Of a DNA stretch of 64,000 bases, positions 38,001-51,113 are shown piece after piece (within the stretch, counting starts at the first letter, position 1; each line of letters opens with the position of its first letter). This stretch comes from Haliotis cracherodii (lineage: Eukaryota): assembly GCF_022045235.1 (NCBI RefSeq), contig NW_027266269.1:27156001-27220000 (forward strand), in the 5' to 3' direction. The translations under genes were made by a program, and so were the position numbers. A model generated the notes under the pieces. That model did no database searches. It was given only the letters and a program-made list of their open reading frames with translations, and was not told the DNA's origin.

Positions 38001-39519
38001 AATTCTCTGAGTTATTGAAGTTCTATGACAGATGTGTCCAGGCTAAGATTCACCAATGTGACGATATCTCATGCTATTTAACTTATACATGTGTAACACT
38101 GTGATAGTGAGCGAGTGAATGCCATTTTACTTCACATTTGCAATAATTCAACCGTATCTCATTGTGGTCGAGTCTGCTACTGCAGACAAGTTGTACCCAT
38201 GTGTAGACTGTTCTTGTTCTTGCTATGTTACCACAAAATGTCCCCTGTCAATGGTGAACATCACGGACAACATCACAAATTGCCTGTCTCCAACAATATC
38301 ATGAAATGATCCCCATCAAGGACATTATCTCGAAATGGCCGTACCCAAAGATGTAATTATCATAAATGCAAACATTCAAAATATTAAGTGTGATTAGTAG
38401 AAGACTAATCATTAAATCAGTTTCTTGGCAATGTCGTAAAATACGCTCGGTCTGAGGCACACATAAACAGTTGTCCTCGTTCAATGAAGGTCATAAAATA
38501 AAATATTATTTGTCAAGAATATTACAACCGTATATCCCAAATGAAGTCGCTGAGTACAATATTATTTTAATCCCAAATTTTCCATTCATGAGACACACTA
38601 AACTGTGTAGATTTTTGTTCGCAGAGTTATTATTCCAAATCAGAAGTTTTCTACTTTTCCAGTCCTTTACGATGCAACAGTCGACGAACTGTGTATATGG
38701 CTCCATGGCATGTATCGATGGCTAGACGTGATCCCTGTCCATGCCCTGATGTACGAGCAGCAAGGCTCCAGGAGATAGAGCTGGCTGATAACCTGAGGTC
38801 GTCTTTGCTCGTGTATCAAGACTAACTGAACCCCGGAAACGCATTACTCGGGTAGCTTCCACTTCAACTTGGCAACGTCTTGGAAAACATTCGGATCCAT
38901 TATGAAAATCACGTGTATATCTTTGGTTTGATTTATCCTGTCCTAATGATTATTTCAGTTCTCCACTGAAAATCAAAACACCAAATAGCAAATAGTTGTT
39001 TTTTCTCCTTTGTGTGATAAATGATACAATATTTACCTAAACAAGTTGCATGTGGCTTCGTTGACAGTATAATCCCTTCAGTCCAGTCTGCTTTCAGTCT
39101 TGTTTCAATGGTTCTACAAGTGAACATAACCATTTTATAATATTCCAATTGCGAAAAGAGCAGCTTGTAATATTTACTGACAAATGTACATATATGAAAC
39201 CATATTACAGGTATCACGGGCAACGTGTCAAGAATAAGATGAACAGAAGGTATTTAAAGCAGAGGCTGTTTTAGTCATTCAGGACACCAACCTGATACTG
39301 TCACATATATAACAGTCTTCTTGATACACGTGTTTGTCTTATTTCGTGACATTATCATGTTGGTAGGTTCACTCATGGTATACGTAGCGCTATTCACTAA
39401 AAGATCAACTTTGTCAGATCACTCGACGCTGTGGGGATTCCGTGTCAGAACTGGTCCACAGAAACCTATGCCGGTCGTAAGAGGTGACCAAATAGATTTA
39501 CAAGCCGACATATAAACAT

Positions 39520-40563
39520 GTGGCTTAAATAAAGAAAAAACTTGAAAGTTAGATTTGACCAAAATATTAGAAACGTTATCAAACCTAGTAGCTGTAGTAG
39601 CTGGGGCCCGGCCACCGGAATTCAGGTTACTGACCAGACAAGTAGAAATCGTACGCCTGCAGATAATATACATGATCGGCGACCACGTGTTGTACCACTG
39701 TTAATAAATCAATACATTCTAGCCAGACGGCAATGGTGTTCAGATCATAAAACAATGTGGAAATCACTGATGGTCTCGTGTAATGTTTTCACATGAGTCC
39801 AGATGCCCTCTGTGTTTTCTGAATAGTTGCGAACGTAACTGGAGGCGTCCAAACGAACGTCATATGGACGTCAACATACAAGGCAACATGATATATTTGG
39901 GGGTGGGTTGTTTGATATGGCGTGGGATTTCTATGACTGCCAGAACGGTACTGCAAATTGTCCATGGAAAGGTCACAAAAGTCCTACCTAGACAACACTC
40001 TTGCGCCAGAGTTGTACCGTTTGCGCACCACGCTGGTCCATATGTTGTCATTCAAGGCGATAAGTCTCGTGCCAAGCGAACACATATCATACCTGACTAC
40101 CTCCAGCAGCAACACCATCACCAGAATGCAAAGGCTTATCCTGAGTTCTGACCTTTCCCCCACAGGGCATGTTTTGGACATGATCGGGAAACGTGTACAC
40201 CCACTTCATTATCCGACCTTGACCTGGCGTTGCAATGGAGCGTACAAGACTCTTTCAAATTGTTACTGGGAGTTGATTCAGACCATGCCACGCCGTATAC
40301 TAGTAAACGAATATTTGACCAATTGTTAGGAATGACCATTACTGATCAAATCATCTCAAACGTTCATATTTTGACTACATACCATTGTTGTCCTTCTTAG
40401 TTGCTTGCACCCACACAATATGCCACCAACATATTTTATTGATTGCCATGTTACACCTAGCCCTTGCATGTTATTATGCATCCATTACCATCACTCGATA
40501 CCTCTTTGTGTGTTTATAATCATCTGGGGTTTTTTAACATCGCCTACTTTTTTGGGAGAGTAT
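39520..40563 (+). mobile_element. Older degenerate Tc1 element (mirror of 500-1240, more complete)
   Basis: Fragments RRPRVVPLL..ARRQW, MFSHESR, WRGISMTART, QGDKSRAKRT, SSDLSPTGHVLD and ELIQTMPRR in successive frames. Confidence 0.8.
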
Positions 40564-41124
40564 ATATCTTGGATGCCCATTCCTATTCACGAGCTGATAG
40601 CAACGAGTGTGTTAAATGATTTAAAACACATCCCTACTTCCTGATACTTAAAACACATCCCTACTTGTAGATTTAGACAAAACATTCGTTTGTGGAAAGT
40701 ATTGGAAAAGTAAAACAGAAACTCTTTACCCTCTGTTTGTTTGGTATGTACGCTGTTGTCGACATGTTTCAGTTGTATCTTCAGGGACAAAAGGTAACAC
40801 ACAAACACCCAACAATTCGTTTTGTGTTATTAGTGTGTGGATTTCTTTATATCTACTTACACTAGCGTATCCCATCTCTTAATCAATATTAGCCTGTTTT
40901 TATGTTGTGTTGTAAAATGTTAATATCTTTTTACATGCTCTATGACTAGTTTTATGTACATCTGTGATATTCTAGTTATTATACTGCCCTTCGTCGGCAG
41001 AATTGTATGCAGTTTAAAATATATTGTTCATGTCAACTTTTGTTTCGTCACGATATGGCTGAAATATTGCCAATGTGAAGTTAAACTTTCACTCACTCAC
41101 TCACTCTTAATCAATATATACTGT

Positions 41125-41430
41125 TGGAAATGAATAAGGGAAAACTTAGATTTAGACACAGTAAATTGATATGTTGTCATGGGTTCCCAGGCTTATTTAC
41201 CAAATACGCGTTGGAAGCAATGCACAGTCTTATGGAAGTGAATGAGGGCACACCTAGTTTTAGACACAGTAAATTGATATGTTGTCACGGGTTCCCAGGT
41301 TTATCTACCAAATGCGCGTTGGAAGCAATGCACAGTCTTATGGAAGTGAATGAGGGCACACCTAGGTTTGGCCAAGTAAATTGATATGTTGTCACGGGTT
41401 CCCAGGCTTATCTACCAAATACGCGTTGGA
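41125..41430 (+). repeat. Tandem repeat, ~108 bp x ~2.7, at the outer edge of unit E
   Basis: gtaaattgatatgttgtca.gggttcccagg at 41161, 41269 and 41376; inverted copy at window positions 1-70. Confidence 0.92.
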
Positions 41431-42989
41431 GACAATTCATACAAACACATCCCAACATTTGATGCTGGCATGTGCTGAATTTGTATGGACTATTTCAAAT
41501 GTACTGACAATACAGATTATTTTCCCAATGTTTGTCATTGTTTCCTTATTCGTTTCCATCAGTATATATGTGTATTTGTTTATATCTTTCGTTGTTTCTT
41601 TCATCAAAGACTTCTCTCATTACTTTATCATTGGCATCGTTACAGGTGACATTTTGGAACACAGCATACGATAAAATATTCGCCAAGTTTTGAAATCATT
41701 CACTTGAGAGTCAAAACATCAATTCCATGGGCAGGAATAGCATACTAGTGTAACGTCACATATGTGCTTTAAAACTACAGAGTTACATTGAATGGTTTTA
41801 TCATATTTACTCAAAGGTTGTACATGTTAACAGATTTATGGTAATTGGCAATATATATCTAACTCCATGGTGTAAAGAGCTGGAAGAAGGTTTCCTATGT
41901 TGGAGAGCTTGTACCAGATATATTAACTTCTCAAACAGTATGTGTTTGTTTCTAGCCTGATATTTCTTCAAGCTTTCCACACCTTACCGCTTATCAAAAT
42001 AATGACAAGTGACATAATAATGGTAAACTTATAAAGGTCAAGGATTAGGGTAACACTTTGCATTTGCTGACGCGTCGGGCACCTGTCTGTGATTCCAACA
42101 TATTTGGTCATCCACTCAATAATCTGTTGTTAGTCAAACCACAAAATGACAAGATGAAACTTAAAAGTATGAGCTAAAAATACATTATGACGAGTGTGTT
42201 TGCACGTCTATCAATTCATACTGGAACAAACGGGATCTGTGTTCTTTTGAGCTGCAAATGAAACTTATCAGCAGGATTGTATAATATTCATATCATGTTT
42301 CATACTCTAAGCGTGTGAAATCAAAAAATAAACATGAACATGTGAAAATTGTATATAAGACTCTAAATGTATATTAAAAAACGTTAATTTGATTCATAAG
42401 AATGCATGACCCGGTCTTGTAGACCAAGCAATTGGTACTAAATCTTAATGGATGTTTCCTTGCATGAATATTGACATGTACTTGAAGGATGCCAAGTCCG
42501 CGCTTCAGGCAGTATCAGATGTGATTGCGTTTCATTATTGTTCAACAGTGTTACGCGGAGTTGCATCACCGTCGGTGAAAAGTAAGTATCTTTCTCGGGA
42601 TTTTATACCTGGGAAAATTGGATGCTTGAACCGGACAAATACCGGATTTATGGTGTAGGCTCACTGAGATACCACGCTGCAGTTTATGATGAAAACTGGT
42701 ACCCCACACAGACACAGTATACTGACTCCGAGCCCTTCTTGTCTTAATCCTCTCAATGTTGAACGAAAGGCCGGGGATCGTGCAGGTTACAAATAGCTAG
42801 TCCCCAGTATTCTGACTCCGACCATGATTACCCGCCCCCAGTCTCCCCCCACCCCCCTTCCTCTCCCCAGGGCCTCACCCAGTCCCCCCCCCCCCCCCCC
42901 CCCCCCCCTTCCTCTCCCCAGGGCCTCACCATCGCGACCGTTGTTGCGGGTACACATAACACTGACGCTCCAACACGTTATACTGCTTA

Positions 42990-43150
42990 ACCGTCTCAAT
43001 TTTCCTTTTATGTCGAGCAATGTTCCTCCAGCCCTAGCCCTTAGTGTCTTAATTTCAAGCTGTAAAGCTTTCAAAACGTTTTATGGTAGACATATCCAAA
43101 TTTGACGTACCAGTGACAAAAATGATGTCCGATGCAATTTCCTATTTTGA
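42990..43150 (+). mobile_element. Penelope-like RT C-terminal remnant
   Basis: LNFPFMSSNVPPALALSVLIS...AFKTFYGRH; same motifs as 55140-55380. Confidence 0.7.
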
Positions 43151-43821
43151 CTTGTGCCATGTGTTTCCGTGCTCTTTCAGTATTTTCTGTTCTTTGCTAC
43201 AGCCCATTACACATCATATCGTTTGCGTTTGTCAACATATGTGGTTCGAGACCTGAAACAATACTTATATATACTATTCATGACAACTGGCCACTTCATA
43301 GCTAGACTGCAGGTGTTTCATTCAGTGTCATGGAGCATCCCACATCAAGTGTCATGTTGTCTCCACATCCTGTACAGAGGACTGATAATCCGTCTGCAGG
43401 TATCATGTACTGCAGTCTGTGATGGAGATGAAGACATTGATGACAGCTCCAGACACCGTCCCTGTCTCTGCGGTGACACTAATGAACTAGTTGTCTGTCA
43501 CACAAATCTGGGCCAGGCCTTCGAGTTTCCAACTAACTATGCATCCCACCTCCTTACTCTTAATGGTGCCACTGGGATGCCGTGACAGCACAGAGCTGGA
43601 TATATTGTACTTGAAAGAGGCGACGCAAAGTGAAATGGGATGCCACAATTACATATGAGAAATAGCTCTGACTCCCCACACCTTAACTGTTATTTTTGTC
43701 TGTCACCTGTGGACAAACGCCGACCAAACTGTAGCTGTTGTTCCGGCGAGCGTTCTACTTACCGTTCACGTTTGGACAAGATACGCTCACTTTTCACCTG
43801 GTACCCTGGATATTTAATAAA

Positions 43822-44176
43822 CCGCCTCCGTGGTCTAGTGGTAGAGCGTCCGCTCGGAGAGCTGAAGGTCCGGAGTTCGATCCCCGGCCGTGTCATACCA
43901 AAATACACTGAAAGATGGTACTTGTTGTTACCCTGCCTGGCGCTCGGCATTAAGGGGCTAAAACAAGGACTGGTCGGCTCGGAGTCAGTATACTGTGTCT
44001 GAGTGGGGTATTCATGTTAAACTGCGGCATGGTATCTCAGTGTGCTAGCACTATAAATCGGCATCAGTCCGGACTAGTACAAGCAGCCACGCAAACACGT
44101 GCATGCACGTCGCTATATAAGTGCAATAATCTTGGACGCAACGTTAAACCAAATTTCACCTCACCTCACGTCACGT
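43822..44176 (+). mobile_element. SINE family 3 (tRNA head; body resembles the Meta/MESC domain)
   Basis: A box GTGGTCTAGTGG, B box GAGTTCGATCC, central gtcataccaaa...atggtac...gcctggcgctcggcattaag, (TCACC)n tail; TSD TATTTAATAAA. The domain name is from recall. Confidence 0.9.
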
Positions 44177-44807
44177 TATTTAATAAATTCATAAACGCAC
44201 CGTACAAGGGATTCAATGCAGTGGGTTTCTTGTGGTAGGAGAAATAATATTTAAAGCTGTTCTTTAAAGTATTCATTGGACTCCTTTTCAAACTTTTCCC
44301 TGTTTTGACTTTTACTCTGCTTTTAGTATACATTTGTAATTATTATGGAACTGCTTTTTTTGTTTTTAATGGTCAAGGAGACAACAGCCGATTGACTAAC
44401 AAAATAACCGTAATGTAGCATGCAGACACTAAAGCCTGGAGCTGCTGGAATATTGTTTCGCTCGTCTCTGTCTGATTCAAGTCAGTGGAAGGGAAATGGA
44501 TATTTGACCATGTTTGAACTGTATCACACCATCGACATACCTGAAGCTTGCGTTACACTTCTTGACCAAATGCCCTTGCTTTGAGTTTCCCAAATCCAAT
44601 TCATGTGCATTAGAGAAGTTAACGCAGGGAGAGGGAGCACAATTTGTGCTCACGAGGAAGCCTACATCTTGCCTTCATGAGCTATCCCATCATTTCTGAT
44701 AGTTGTAGTTAATGAGAAGGTCCAGAATGTCACATATTGTTATCTCAGTTAACGTCATGCACATGGTGTCGTTATATACATTTCTGACAAATTGTCCTGA
44801 CCTGTGA

Positions 44808-45090
44808 TTTTGGTTCAGTTTGGTTTATTGTTTAACGCCGCACTCAGCAATATTACAGCTATATATATATATATGACGGCGGTCTGTGAATAATCGACTC
44901 TGGACCAGACAAGCCAGTGATTAATATCATGTACATCGATCCACGCAATTGGGATACAATGACATGCATCAACCAAGTCAGCGAGCCTGACCACCCGATA
45001 CCGTTAGTCGCCTCTTACGACAAGCATAGTCGCCTTTTACGGCAAGCATGGGTTGCTGAAGACCTATTTTATCCCTGATCTTCACGGGTC
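44808..45090 (-). mobile_element. SINE-like family 4 copy
   Basis: Ends TCTTCACGGGTC; TSD ctga(a)cctgtga. Confidence 0.9.
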
Positions 45091-45094
45091 CTGA

Positions 45095-45900
45095 ACCTGT
45101 GAAGATAGGGGTGTGACCATGCCTATGATCACCACGTTTACTTACAAACGCCCCATGGATGAAGGATTGCAGTTTTCTAAGTTTGTAACATGGGATGCTG
45201 ATGTACAGAGTAACTGATGACAAATCAAATGTTTTGACAATATGTAGCTTCAAAAAAACAAGCAAAGCCTTCAAGTTCAGAAGCCAACAGTTGTTAATTC
45301 CATTTGTCTCCCATACATGTGAATGTAAAGTCCTTAAGATCAGCAAGTCAAACACACGAGACGCAGAATGAAGGAGATGACGAAAGGAAAGCTTGATAGG
45401 AGTGACGGTCGATTTATGACAAGAAAGAGCCACATATAAAGGAAATGAAACGACAGAGAATTCAGAACGATACAGCCTGCACTACCCTGTACAATAGCAG
45501 TCGATAGCAATGGATGGTCAACACGTACTATGACAGGGGTGTCAGTCACGGCACAAATACGAATCGACAACGTCAGTACAAGTCATGGATGTCGTTTCTC
45601 TGAGGCTGTTTATTAGCAACGGAATCCATGAGATTCTGATTTGTGTCATCGGAAATAACATTGATGTAAATTTTTTTCGAATCCATAGCAGACACATTCA
45701 ATGTCTCGCACATCTTGGAGTACATCTTCAAAGGACTTAGATATTAGAATTTGTTTAAAATTTCATTTAACAAAAGAATACCAAGTATCACCGCAAGATA
45801 TGCCAATTAAATTCTTGTATATTGGGTATATAAAAAGACTGATAGGAATACATTTATACGCACGTAGGATAATTATATAACCAAACACATTGTTTATTTT
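45095..45900 (-). mobile_element. Degenerate Penelope-like RT fragment
   Basis: ORF 44978..45433(-) contains HKS..PIK.SF, NGINNCW and VKTFDLSSVTLYISIP, resembling PLE 'PKLHK.P.K.RF', 'GINQMW' and 'KTFDFSTLYT.IP'. Confidence 0.72.
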
Positions 45901-47935
45901 CAAAATGAGAACACGTGTTAAAGTTATATACTGTCTCTGACAAGATGAAACATAATGTAAATAAACAGTTGATCAAAAATACTTTGACAAAATCAAGTCC
46001 TAGATCAAACAGACAGGGCCATGAGCTAGAAATAGAAGCGACCAGTGACATCGCCTTATCTGGTTCATATTTAGATGTATGCAAAGTGATTCACAGTGCC
46101 AAATACTTCAGAGCAAAAATAAAGATTTTATATAGAGAGATAGATGGTATATATAAATTTTCCGGACATATATCAGTTTCACATAAATACCCCACTCAGA
46201 CACAGCATACTGACTCCGAGCCAGTTTTAGTCCCTTAATGCCGAGTGTTAGCATTGAAGCCCCAGTTATTTTTTTTTTATTTAAGGTTTTTGCTTTGGAC
46301 GTGATCAGGGATCGTACCACCAACCTTCTGTTCTCGAGGCAGCTTTACCAACCAGACCACAGAGGAGACCTGGTCCACACTAACACTATTTCATTATATG
46401 TGACTTGTTTACATTCCCCCCTGCTTGGTGAGATAAACCTCCGGGATGAACCAGCATGTGGCCATTGATCACACCATTGCTCATAGTCTAGAGTTTAAGT
46501 AATGCAATGCTCTCAAGAACAGTTCCGGAGTTAGTTACTTAATGAACGGTTGCTGAACTTTGGAGTGACATGGACTTCATGCTTCTGTCACATTCATTCA
46601 GCTCTGCGCTCCATTACCAGGAAGCCAAGTGTATTTTTGTCAACTGTGTTGGTCTTGATTTGAAAGAAAACTGTCCTGACCTTTAGGTTTGCGCTAACAG
46701 GATATTTCTTGATTGGTAAATGTTAATCGGAGACGTGACGAATTCCGTTTCTCAATGCAAGGAAACTGGAAAATGCAGATACATTTTTTTCTGCGAAAAA
46801 AGTAGGTTGTTTAACGTCACAATCAGAAGTATCCTAATGCTTTTTTTTATCAAGATGATATGTAAATAATGGTGTCTGGACAAAGCAAACCGATGACTGA
46901 AAGCAAGACTTTCCGTGCTCGCCATCAGGACAAGATCGCATGTAGCAAGCCAAGTCACAGAGCTATGCCAGTCGATGCCACTTAGTCGGTTGTGATGACC
47001 AACATAAGAACAGAGAGTGGCTGGCAATCCGTTCCCCCATCTGACTGAAACCGACAAAACCCTACCCATGATACATAGTGTAGTACAATGTATCATTCCG
47101 GCATGTGCCTAAGAATGACTATGCAAAGGTGATGACACCAGGTGCTCGCTAAAAGGAGATCGTAAACGGCCCACATGGGGCACCCGTCACAAACACATGT
47201 AAAAGCATGTCCATTATTCACCTGAAAAATCACGAAGGGACCAGTCGTCTAAGGAGCAGTATTTTTTTTAGAGTAGCTTCCCTAAGGCGTACCAGAATCC
47301 TATTCCTAGGTGAAGATCCAAGTTTCGATTCCAACACCGACTATGTGTCAAGGTTTGTGGGCGGTAGAGTGAATGGCCCATATACAAGTTCAGATAAATA
47401 CAGTGGGTGAGAATTTACAGATTGGGAGATACAACAAAAATTATAAAAATATAACATTCATTTAACAATCGGTGATAATCATGATGACTTTCTAGGGTAA
47501 GGTAAATAAAATTCTGAATTTCCACTCAACATCCCATCCCATGTTTTACAAATAAAGACAGTTTAAACATTACATCGGCAAAATAGAAACAAACGCTATT
47601 CTACTCGTCTTAGATAAGAAACATACTGGTATATATTTAGTACGTAATTCTGCATAATAAGGACATTCAAAGGTAAAATGTATTTCGACTTCCATAGAGT
47701 GAAGGTTCCCTACTGAGTATGTCCGGATTGTACATTGGCATCCCTACACACAAGCTCGTTAAAGAAGGAAGTGTAGAGGAATATATGTGATACATGTGTC
47801 TGAATTGTTGCATGGCGGTTGTATTAAAACTTTCAAAACCAAATTCCAAGTTCTAAAATGTGACTTAGCCTGAAGACGAATAGATATCTGTTTGAGAATG
47901 GAAGCAATTTGAGTTTCCCTTATGATGTTTTTCAA

Positions 47936-48092
47936 GATTTGTCAGCACCTTACCCGTGCTCGTGGGTTTCACCAAAGTTGTAAACGTCTGAGACCTGCAT
48001 CACGTCGGGCTTTCCGCCCACATTAAGCCGACACGCCGTGATATAACTGGAATACTGTTAGATATGGCGGTATGCCCAGCTCACTCACTCAC
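47936..48092 (+). mobile_element. SINE family 2, 3' half
   Basis: gtcagcacc...cccgtgctcgtgggtttcacc...(ACTC)n. Confidence 0.88.
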
Positions 48093-51000
48093 TAGCACTA
48101 ATGGTATACACGTGTAATAACAGGTTATTTTGTACAGATGTGCAAAGCATCAGGATTTGGGAATATGTACATCATTCACATTCTCACACATTCTCACACA
48201 TTCTCAATATTATATGCATTAACAACTTGAAGACTCACTCACTCACATACTCACTCACTCACTCACTCACTGGTGGCGTTCGAAGTACCTCTTTCTGTCA
48301 TTTGAGGTGACCTCAGTTCACTCTCGCGACCATACCTTTAAGAGACCTTGTTAAAACATTTGTTGAGTTTGCATTATATGTCTATGCGCACATTTTTTTT
48401 AAAAAGAATAACAAATGAACATAAAATATTGCAAATATGTCTCAACTTTGTATACCTCCGTATTGCTCTTTCAAGCTACTGAAACTTTGAAATTGATGGG
48501 TAATCTACCAGTAAGACACACCTTTTCCGTTAGAATCAAATACTGTCTCGGAAAAACCTAAAAGATTAGAATCTGTATATTGTATTGGCATCCATGAAAC
48601 CTCCAGACTCTTGAATCATTGCTAATCCGACGCGTAAGGAAACTTAATACCCTTGCTGCTTAAAGAGAGATTGGAAATTACGTTAGGGGCTATTCTGTTT
48701 GTGGGAATCCAGTGCCACTATATATAGGGCACCGAATAATGATATGTACTGGTTGTGTCAATGTTATTGCTTCATCGGTGATCAAGGGAAACTAGATGAG
48801 GTATGGGGTAGGCCTGTTGCTGTTGATTGTCGTCGTATCGACCGACGACTTGTCTTGGTAAATATGTTTCTCTCAAGACAGTGAGTGCGGCTGATTTATC
48901 CCCGCTTTGATCAGTCTGTCAATTATGTTACATCATGTTAGCTTGATGAGTGAGTAAGTTAGATTCAACGCTGCTTTTAACAGTATTCCAGTTATATCTC
49001 AGCGTGTCAGCTTAATCCCTAGATCGTATGTTTCTGGCAAGCTTATCAAACCCACACCAAAAGTGCAACGACCAAGGCGGCTTTGACATCTGGATCCCAC
49101 AATAGGTTATATGAAATACTATGTTGACCAATGTCAGTTGTACACTGTATTTTTGATCAGTTTTTTTCAAGTAAGTGTTAAAAATAGACAATACTATTTA
49201 ATGAAAAAAGTTAAATGTCCAAATCACAAGTCGACGACGAAAACAAAAACGTGTAACCGGTCCATACACACATATAGGATTAAAGAATTATTTCCCTTTA
49301 ACTTCCCTTCATTACATTCCAGAAACGTCAGTGAAGTGTTGGAGTGATGATGTTGTAAGTCGTCATGCATGACGTCACGCCCGGCCTTAAACATGATATA
49401 CACGTCCCCATGATATTGCATTTTGTTCCCATACTCGAACAGGTTTATTATCAACATGGAATATGTATCTTAAGATGGTATATTATTTTCGGGACTATTG
49501 AAGAAAAATACTAAACCATGTCAGGTGATTCCAAATTTATTCTAGAAATTCAACTGAGTACTTTTTGCACAGTTTTTTTGTACACACATTATATCGGTAG
49601 GGGTCGTAAAAAATAAATAAAAAACAGTTTTGTATTTGTAAATAAGTCGCGTTTGTAGTTACTATTTCAAACTAAACTATACGTCATATACGTGACGCAT
49701 ATAATCGAGACGCCTGGGTAAAAAAGATGCTCTGTCAAAATGTTTCCTAACGCACAGAGAACTGATAACAATAAGCGCTGTACATATGCGCTATACACAC
49801 AAAATACCAAAATGTTAGGGAAAGCGGATGATTATAGTTTGGAACTCAGTCGCCACTCTGTTGGAGTTCCATGTTGTGGGGCTGTAGTTGACATTCAAGA
49901 GCCTTGTGTATGAAGTGTGAAAGTGTAGATGAAGGAGAGTATCAACAGTATGCGCTGATTGTAAAATCGTTCTCATGTTCGCTGTCTACCCTTTTATTTG
50001 GAATTAAAAGCGTAAAATTTTAGATGGATTTTTTTCCAACCTTCATCCAGTGTGTTAGACGATGACATGTCAGGCTGGGCAATCTTAACATTGGACAGAA
50101 AGGTTATTCAGTGTTTGGCAATCCAAGACTATCTATATCTATGTCCCACGGTTAGACTCGAGGCGGCTATAGAGAATCTAGATATTCAAGGCGGAGAATT
50201 GCTGACCTATTGCTTCCAGGTCTTGGTAAGCAAATATTGATATACAGTCTAAACAACACACTTAGGCTTCATTCAAATTACACATAAGTGCATCTTTCGT
50301 TATCTTGTTGATCTCTGAATTTCGCAACAAGACCAACCATTTCAATAGTCTCCACAACAATACTATATCGGATGTACACAAAATTGAAACAACCACTTTT
50401 CAGAAGGGGATGAGTGGAAAGGATGTTAAAATGAATGTTGTCCATCCTCTTATCTGTTCAAAGGTTCAGTGGTACACGTTTGCTGTGAAGAAAACAGTAG
50501 CTGGGATGCTATACTTGAAGTATTTCTGTATAGAACGCCGCCAGGCACGAAATCTGACGCAGTAACCTCACATGCGCATCAATCAGTCCTACATCAGCTG
50601 CCCATATAACGGCAAATTGACACAGTTACCATAGCCTTCATCAAGCTTAAGTGCCTTGATGTAAGTAGATGGTATCAATCATATTCAACTTGTATGTATT
50701 GGTAAACCCTTCAGTGTGTACATGTATGCTTCCTCTTAACCCGACGATGTATCATACAAAGTTGATCCCGGGTGTGACATCCACTGATCGATGTCTCCGT
50801 GACAGGTTTGACTGATCGATGTCTCCGTGACAGGTTTGACGGATCGGTGTCCGAACGTGTACACACACAATTTTATGAGGACATGAAAGCTTTGTTACGA
50901 CGATGCAGAACCACTTGTTGCACCCATTCATCAGGTGGTGATCTATACGCTGAGAAGTTAACACAAGCTGGGATAAATGTACGGGGGTAACAATAAAACC

Positions 51001-51113
51001 AGGAAACCGATGGTTTTATAAAAGTATCTTTCTTCATGTTCCTCCAACTTCTAAATGTCAAGTCTTTGAAAGGCATTTAGAAGTGATACACACTAGGAAA
51101 AGACATCATGGTC

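Larger units (their letters stand above)
27950..41430 (-). repeat. Unit E of the segmental array (inverted)
   Basis: Colinear reverse complement of 1-8400 (unit A) and of 13280-17700 (unit B), interrupted by younger insertions. Confidence 0.92.

Noticed and set aside
41124-41384. 86-aa repetitive ORF
   Set aside because: By-product of the 108-bp tandem repeat; the frame is lost in the third copy.
1-41430. Array as an assembly artefact (fold-back read or haplotype duplication)
   Set aside because: The copies are substantially diverged and carry different TE insertions with clean empty sites, which artefactual duplication would not produce.
42787-43105. Gly-rich and Pro-rich ORFs
   Set aside because: Caused by the C homopolymer and an adjacent Penelope-like remnant.
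47868-47900. Second hammerhead-like motif CTGAAGA-stem-AGAA
   Set aside because: The GAAA core is not intact and stems I/III are not evident.
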